A DNA stretch of 10,041 nt, taken from positions 12,590,257 through 12,600,297 of the forward strand of contig CM082588.2 of assembly GCA_040954595.2 (NCBI GenBank), read 5' to 3'. Both the position numbers and the translations under genes were made by a program. Under the pieces are notes generated by a model that saw only the letters and a list, made by a program, of their open reading frames with translations, searched no databases and was not told where the DNA came from. Source of the stretch: Balanoglossus misakiensis (lineage: Eukaryota; Animalia; Hemichordata). Positions 1-7,439 of the stretch are shown piece after piece (the stretch's first letter is position 1; each line of letters opens with the position of its first letter).

Positions 1-478
1 TGTATAAAAAAGTGCATTTGAGAGAGAGGAAAAACATTCTGAGAAAATAAACGAAAAGTTTCAGCTATTATACATGTACATGTAGTGTTGTTATTCTCAT
101 TAAACATTGTAATCATTACTCATATTTGTATTACCATATTTGTCGTTGTTGTACATGTATGTTTCCATGCCAACATGCATGCTTATTGTCCGCTCATATG
201 TGTTTTTGTCCATCCCCGTCGTTCACTATAAATAGTATACGCCGTCGATGGTCTATCTAAACGTTATCAGTTCCAGAAAGACTACTATTTTAATTACATG
301 GACGGTCAGAAGACATGGCGTGAATGACAAAAGCCATAATCGTTAGTCTCAAAAGTAATGACTAATTGCTTGAAATGATAAATTAAAAAGATTACAAAAG
401 CTAACAGACAATTAAAGACAATTCAGGAGTGGCCTGAGATCTTCTTTACAAATTAGAAAGAAACGCCGGCAAAATGAG
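1..478. other. Unique AT-rich flanking sequence (intergenic, intronic or UTR-like); no supported gene
   Basis: The ORF track lists no ORF here, and there is no satellite monomer. TpA steps are frequent, unlike in the array. It contains short palindromes (TACATGTACATGTA at 71-84) and short direct repeats (CATATTTGT at 121 and 135). Confidence 0.75.
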
Positions 479-599
479 ACCCATAATTTTTTTTCAGAAA
501 TGGACGAAATTTTGAGATTTTGCAAAGTCGAAAATGTGTCATTTTTTGATGATTTTCACCCGTTTTTTTTTTTTAATTTTCATTTTTTCATGATTTTCA

Positions 600-3500
600 C
601 CCATGATTTTTTTCAAAAATCGACGAAATTTTGAGATTTTGCAAAGTCGAAAATGAGTCATTTTTTGATGATTTTCACCCATGTTTTTTTTTTAAAATCG
701 ACGAACTATGATTTTTTTCAAAATCGACGAAATTTTGTGATTTTGCAAAGTCGAAAATTTTGTCATTTTTTGATGATTTTCAACCATGATTTTTTTTCAA
801 AAATCGACGAAATTTTGAGATTTTGCAAAGTCGAAAATTTTGTCATTTTTTGATGATTTTCACCCATGATTTTTTTCAAAAATCGACGAAATTTTGAGAT
901 TTTGCAAAGTCGAAAATGTGTCATTTTTGATGATTTTCACCCATGTTTTTTTTTTAAAAATCGACGAACCTATGATTTTTTTCAAAATCGACGAAATTTT
1001 GTGATTTTGCAAAGTCGAAAATATTTGTCATTTTTTGATGATTTTCAACCCTGATTTTTTTTCACAAATCGACGAAATTTTGAGATTTGCAAAATCGAAA
1101 ATTTGTCATTTTTTGATGATTTTTCCCCCAATGGTTTTTTTCAAAATCGACGAAATTTTGAGATTTTGCAAAGTCGAAAATTTGTCATTTTTTGATGATT
1201 TTTCCCCCATGATTTTTTTTCAAAAATGGACGAAATTTTGAGATTTTGCAAAGACGAAAATTTGTCATTTTTTGATGATTTTCACCCATGATTTTTTTTC
1301 AAAAATCGACGAAATTTTTGAGATTTTGCAAAGTCGAAAATGTGTCATTTTTTGATGATTTTCACCCGTTTTTTTCAAAATTTGTCATTTTTGATGATTT
1401 TCACCCATGATTTTTTTTCAAAAATCGACGAAATTTTGAGATTTTGCAAAGTCGAAAATGTGTCATTTTTTGATGATTTTCCCCCATGATTTTTTCAAAA
1501 ATCGACGAAATTTTGAGATTTTGCAAAGTTGAAATTTTTCAAAAATCGACGAAATTTATAGATTTTGCAAAGAGGAAAATTTGTCATTTTTTGATGATTT
1601 TCACCCATGAATTTTTTCAAAATTGATGAAATTTTGAGTTTTTGCAGTCGAAAATTTGTCATTTTTGATGATTTTTCCCCCATGATTTTTTTCAAAAATC
1701 GACGAAATTTTGAGATTTTGCAAAGTCGAAAATTTGTCATTTTTGATGATTTTCACCCATGATTTTCTTCAAAAATCGACGAAATTTTGAGATTTTGCAA
1801 AGTCGAAAATTTGTCATTTTTTGATTATTTTTTCACCCATGATTTTTTTTCAAAATCGACGAAATTTTGAGATTTTGCGAAATCGAAAATTTGTCATTTT
1901 TTGATGATTTTCACCCATGATTTTTTTCAAAAATCGACGAAATGTTGAGATTTTGCAAAGTCGAAAAATTGTCATTTTTGATGATTTTCACCCATGATTT
2001 TTTTCGAAAATCGACGAAATGTTGAGATTTTGCAAAGTCGAAAATTTTGTCATTTTTTGATGATTTTCAACCATGATTTTTTTTCAAAAATCGACAGAAA
2101 ATTTGAGATTTTGCAAAGATGAAAATTTGTCATTTTTGATGATTTTTACCCATAATTTTTTTTCAGAAATGGACGAAATTTTGAGATTTTGCAAAGTCGA
2201 AAATGTGTCATTTTTTGATGATTTTCACCCGTTTTTTTTCAAAATTTGTCATTTTTTCATGATTTTCACCCATGATTTTTTTCAAAAATCGACGAAATTT
2301 TGAGATTTTGCAAAGTCGAAATTTGTCATTTTTTGATGATTTTCACCCATGATTTTTTTCAAAAATCGACGAAATTTTGAGATTTTGCAAGTCGAAAATG
2401 TGTCATTTTTTGATGATTTTCACCCGTTTTTTTTTTTTTAATTTGTCATTTTTTCATGATTTTCACCCATGATTTTTTTCAAAAATCGACGAAATTTTGA
2501 GATTTTGCAAAGTCGAAAATGTGTCATTTTTGATGATTTTCACCCATGTTTTTTTTTTAAAATCGACGAACCTATGATTTTTTTCAAAATCGACGAAATT
2601 TTGTGATTTTTGCAAAGTCGAAAATTTTGTCATTTTTTGATGATTTTCAACCATGATTTTTTTTCAAAAATCGACGAAATTTTGAGATTTTGCAAAGTCG
2701 AAAATTTGTCATTTTTTGATGATTTTCACCCATGATTTTTTTCAAAATCGACGAAATTTTGAGATTTTGCAAAGTCGAAAATGTGTCATTTTTTGATGAT
2801 TTTCACCCATGTTTTTTTTTTAAAAATCGACGAACCTATGAATTTTTTCAAAATCGACGAAATTTTGTGATTTTGCAAAGTCGAAAATTTTGTCATTTTT
2901 TTGATGATTTTCAACCCTGATTTTTTTTCAAAAATCGACGAAATTTTGAGATTTTGCAAAATCGAAAATTTGTCATTTTTTGATGATTTTCCCCCAATGG
3001 TTTTTTCAAAATCGACGAAAATTTGAGATTTTGCAAAGTCGAAAATTTGTCATTTTTTGATGATTTTCCCCCATGATTTTTTTTCAAAAATGGACGAAAT
3101 TTTGAGATTTTGCAAAGACGAAAAATTGTCATTTTTTGATGATTTTCACCCATGATTTTTTTTCAAAAATCGACGAAATTTTGAGATTTGCAAAGTCGAA
3201 AATGTGTCATTTTTTGATGATTTTCACCCGTTTTTTTTCAAAATTTGTCATTTTTTGATGATTTTCACCCATGATTTTTTTTCAAAATCGACGAAATTTT
3301 GAGATTTTGCAAAGTCGAAAATGTGTCATTTTTGATGATTTTCCCCCATGATTTTTTTCAAAAATCGACGAAATTTTGAGATTTTGCAAAGTTGAAAATT
3401 TTTCAAAAATCGACGAAATTTATAGATTTTGCAAAGAGGAAAATTTGTCATTTTTTGATGATTTTCACCATGATTTTTTTCAAAATTGATGAAATTTGAG

Positions 3501-4935
3501 TTTTGCAGTCGAAAAATTTGTCATTTTTTGATGATTTTCCCCATGATTTTTTTCAAAAATCGACGAAATTTTGAGATTTTGCAAAGTCGAAAATTTGTCA
3601 TTTTTTGATGATTTTCACCCATGATTTTCTTCAAAAATCGACGAAATTTTGAGATTTGCAAAGTCGAAAATTTGTCATTTTTTGATTATTTTTCACCCAT
3701 GATTTTTTTTCAAAAATCGACGAATTTTGAGATTTTGCGAAATCGAAAATTTGTCATTTTTTGTTGATTTTCACCCATGATTTTTTTCAAAAATCGACGA
3801 AATTTTGAGATTTTGCAAAGTCGAAAAATTGTCATTTTTTGATGATTTTCACCCATGATTTTTTTCGAAAATCGACGAAATGTTGAGATTTTGCAAAGTC
3901 GAAAATTTTGTCATTTTTGATGATTTTCAACCATGATTTTTTTCAAAAATCGACGAAAATTTGAGATTTTGCAAAGATGAAAATTTGTCATTTTTGATGA
4001 TTTTTACCCATAATTTTTTTTCAGAAATGGACGAAATTTTGAGATTTTGCAAAGTCGAAAATGTGTCATTTTTTGATGATTTTCACCCGTTTTTTTTCAA
4101 AATTTGTCATTTTTCATGATTTTCACCCATGATTTTTTTCAAAAATCGACGAAATTTTGAGATTTTGCAAAGTCGAAAATTTGTCATTTTTTGATGATTT
4201 TCACCCATGATTTTTTTCAAAAATCGACGAAATTTGAGATTTTGCAAAGTCGAAAATGTGTCATTTTTTGATGATTTTCACCCATGTTTTTTTTTTTAAA
4301 ATCGACGAACCTATGATTTTTTTCAAAATCGACGAAATTTTGTGATTTTGCAAAGTCGAAAATTTTGTCATTTTTTGATGATTTTCAACCATGATTTTTT
4401 TTCAAAAATCGACAAAATTTTGAGATTTTGCAAAGTCGAAAATTTTGTCATTTTTTGATGATTTTCACCCATGATTTTTTTCAAAAATCGACGAAATTTT
4501 GAGATTTTGCAAAGTCGAAAATGTGTCATTTTTTGATGATTTTCACCCATGTTTTTTTTTTAAAAATCGACGAACCTATGATTTTTTTTCAAAATCGACG
4601 AAATTTTGTGATTTTGCAAAGTCGAAAATTTTGTCATTTTTTGATGATTTTCAACCCTGATTTTTTTTCAAAAATCGACGAAATTTTGAGATTTTGCAAA
4701 ATCGAAAATTTGTCATTTTTTGATGATTTTCCCCCAATGGTTTTTTCAAAATCGACGAAATTTTGAGATTTTGCAAAGTCGAAAATTTTGTCATTTTTTG
4801 ATGATTTTCCCCCATGATTTTTTTTTCAAAAATGGACGAAATTTTGAGATTTTGCAAAGACGAAAATTTGTCATTTTTTGATGATTTTCACCCATGATTT
4901 TTTTTCAAAAATCGACGAAATTTTGAGATTTTGCA
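600..4935. repeat. HOR domain 1: ~1865-bp unit (~28 full and partial monomers), second period ~1740 bp, about 2.4 copies; boundaries approximate
   Basis: The marker GAAC(C)TATG occurs at 703/2568/4307 and 966/2832/4572, giving spacings of 1865-1866 then 1739-1740. TTTATAG occurs at 1555/3419 (spacing 1864) and AATTGATGAAA at 1621/3484. The order of variants is conserved between copies. Confidence 0.9.
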
Positions 4936-7040
4936 AAGTTGAAAATTTTTCAAAAATCGACGAAATTTATAGATTTTGCAAAGAGGAAAATTTGTCATTT
5001 TTTGATGATTTTCACCCATGATTTTTTTCAAAATCGACGAAATTTTGAGATTTTGCAAAATCGAAAATTTGTCATTTTTTGATGATTTTCCCCCAATGGT
5101 TTTTTTCAAAATCGACGAATTTTGAGATTTTGCAAAGTCGAAAATTTGTCATTTTTTGATGATTTTCCCCCATGATTTTTTTTCAAAAATGGACGAAATT
5201 TTGAGATTTTGCAAAGTCGAAAATGTGTCATTTTTTGATGATTTTCCCCCATGATTTTTTTCAAAATCGACGAAATTTGAGATTTTGCAAAGTTGAAAAT
5301 TTTCAAAAATCGACGAAATTTATAGATTTTGCAAAGAGGAAAATTTGTCATTTTTTGATGATTTTCACCCATGATTTTTTCAAAAATTGACTAAATTTTG
5401 AGATTTTGCAAAGTCGAAAATTTGTCATTTTTTGATGATTTCACCCATGTTTTTTTTTAAAAATCGACGAACCTATGATTTTTTTCAAAATCGACGAATT
5501 TTGAGATTTTGCAAAGTCGAAAATTTGTCATTTTTTGATGATTTTCCCCCATGATTTTTTTTCAAAATGGACGAAATTTTGAGATTTTGCAAAGACGAAA
5601 ATTTGTCATTTTTTGATGATTTTCACCCATGATTTTTTTTCAAAAATCGACGAAATTTTGAGATTTTGCAAAGTTGAAAATTTTTCAAAAATCGACGAAA
5701 TTTATAGATTTTGCAAAGAGGAAAATTTGTCATTTTTGATGATTTTCACCCATGATTTTTTTCAAAAATCGACGAAATTTTGAGATTTTGCAAAATCGAA
5801 AATTTGTCATTTTTGATGATTTTCCCCCAATGGTTTTTTTTCAAAATCGACGAAATTTGAGATTTTGCAAAGTCGAAAATTTGTCATTTTTTGATGATTT
5901 TCCCCATGATTTTTTTTCAAAAATGGACGAAATTTTGAGATTTTGCAAAGTCGAAAATGTGTCATTTTTTGATGATTTTCCCCCATGATTTTTTTCAAAA
6001 ATCGACGAAATTTTGAGATTTTGCAAAGTTGAAAATTTTTCAAAAATCGACGAAATTTATAGATTTTGCAAGAGGAAAATTTGTCATTTTTTGATGATTT
6101 TCACCCATGATTTTTTCAAAAATTGACTAAATTTTGAGATTTTGCAAAGTCGAAAATTTGTCATTTTTTGATGATTTTCACCCATGTTTTTTTTTAAAAA
6201 TCGACGAACCTATGATTTTTTTCAAATCGACGAAATTTGTGATTTTGCAAAGTCGAAAATTTTGTCATTTTTTGATGATTTTCAACCCTGATTTTTTTTC
6301 AAAATGGACGAAATTTTGAGATTTTGCAAAGACGAAAATTTGTCATTTTTTGATGATTTTCACCCATGATTTTTTTTCAAAAATCGACGAAATTTTGAGA
6401 TTTTGCAAGTTGAAAATTTTTCAAAAATCGACGAAATTTATAGATTTTGCAAAAGAGGAAAATTTGTCATTTTTTGATGATTTTTCACCCATGATTTTTT
6501 TCAAAAATCGACGAAATTTTGGAGATTTTGCAAAATCGAAATTTGTCATTTTTTGATGATTTTCCCCCAATGGTTTTTTTTCAAAATCGACGAAATTTTG
6601 AGATTTTGCAAAGTCGAAAATTTGTCATTTTTTGATGATTTTCCCCCATGATTTTTTTTCAAAAATGGACGAAATTTTGAGATTTTGCAAAGTCGAAAAT
6701 GTGTCATTTTTTGATGATTTTCCCCCATGATTTTTTTCAAAAATCGACGAATTTTGAGATTTTGCAAAGTTGAAAATTTTTCAAAATCGACGAAATTTAT
6801 AGATTTTGCAAAGAGGAAAATTTGTCATTTTTTGATGATTTTCACCCATGATTTTTTCAAAAATTGACTAAATTTTGAGATTTTGCAAGTCGAAAATTTG
6901 TCATTTTTTGATGATTTTCACCCATGTTTTTTTTTTAAAAATCGACGAACCTATGATTTTTTTCAAAATCGACGAAATTTTGTGATTTTGCAAAGTCGAA
7001 AATTTTGTCATTTTTTGATGATTTTCAACCCTGATTTTTT
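4740..7040. repeat. HOR domain 2: ~737-bp unit (11 TCGACG-type cores), about 3 copies; boundaries approximate
   Basis: TTTATAG occurs at 4966/5701/6437 and 5319/6056/6796. GAACCTATG occurs at 5469/6206/6947. The domain-specific AATTGACTAAA occurs at ~5386/6121/6863. All spacings are 735-742 bp. Confidence 0.9.
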
Positions 7041-7439
7041 TTTCAAAAATCGACGAAATTTTGAGATTTTGCAAAATCGAAAATTTGTCATTTTTTGATG
7101 ATTTTCCCCCAATGGTTTTTTTCAAAATCGACGAAATTTTGAGATTTTGCAAAGTCGAAAATTTGTCATTTTTTTGATGATTTTCCCCCATGATTTTTTT
7201 TTCAAAAAATGGACGAAATTTTGAGATTTTGCAAAGACGAAAATTTGTCATTTTTTGATGATTTTCACCCATGATTTTTTTTCAAAAATCGACGAAATTT
7301 TGAGATTTTGCAAAGTCGAAAATGTGTCCATTTTTTGATGATTTTCCCCCATGATTTTTTTCAAAAATCGACGAAATTTTGAGATTTTGCAAAGTTGAAA
7401 ATTTTTCAAAAATCGACGAAAATTTATAGATTTTGCAAA

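Noticed and set aside
46-105. Polyadenylation signals AATAAA (46-51) and ATTAAA (~99-104) with GT-rich sequence nearby
   Set aside because: These hexamers are expected by chance in AT-rich DNA, and no upstream gene is visible in the window.
407-437. GACAATT direct repeat and TCAGG/CCTGA 5-bp stem as a terminator or element end
   Set aside because: Both are too short to distinguish from chance, and no U-tract directly follows the stem.
452-470. Helitron 3' end on the minus strand (GCCGGC, 8 nt, then CTAA|T)
   Set aside because: The palindrome is only 6 bp with no loop, far short of the typical 16-20 nt hairpin, so it is compatible with chance.
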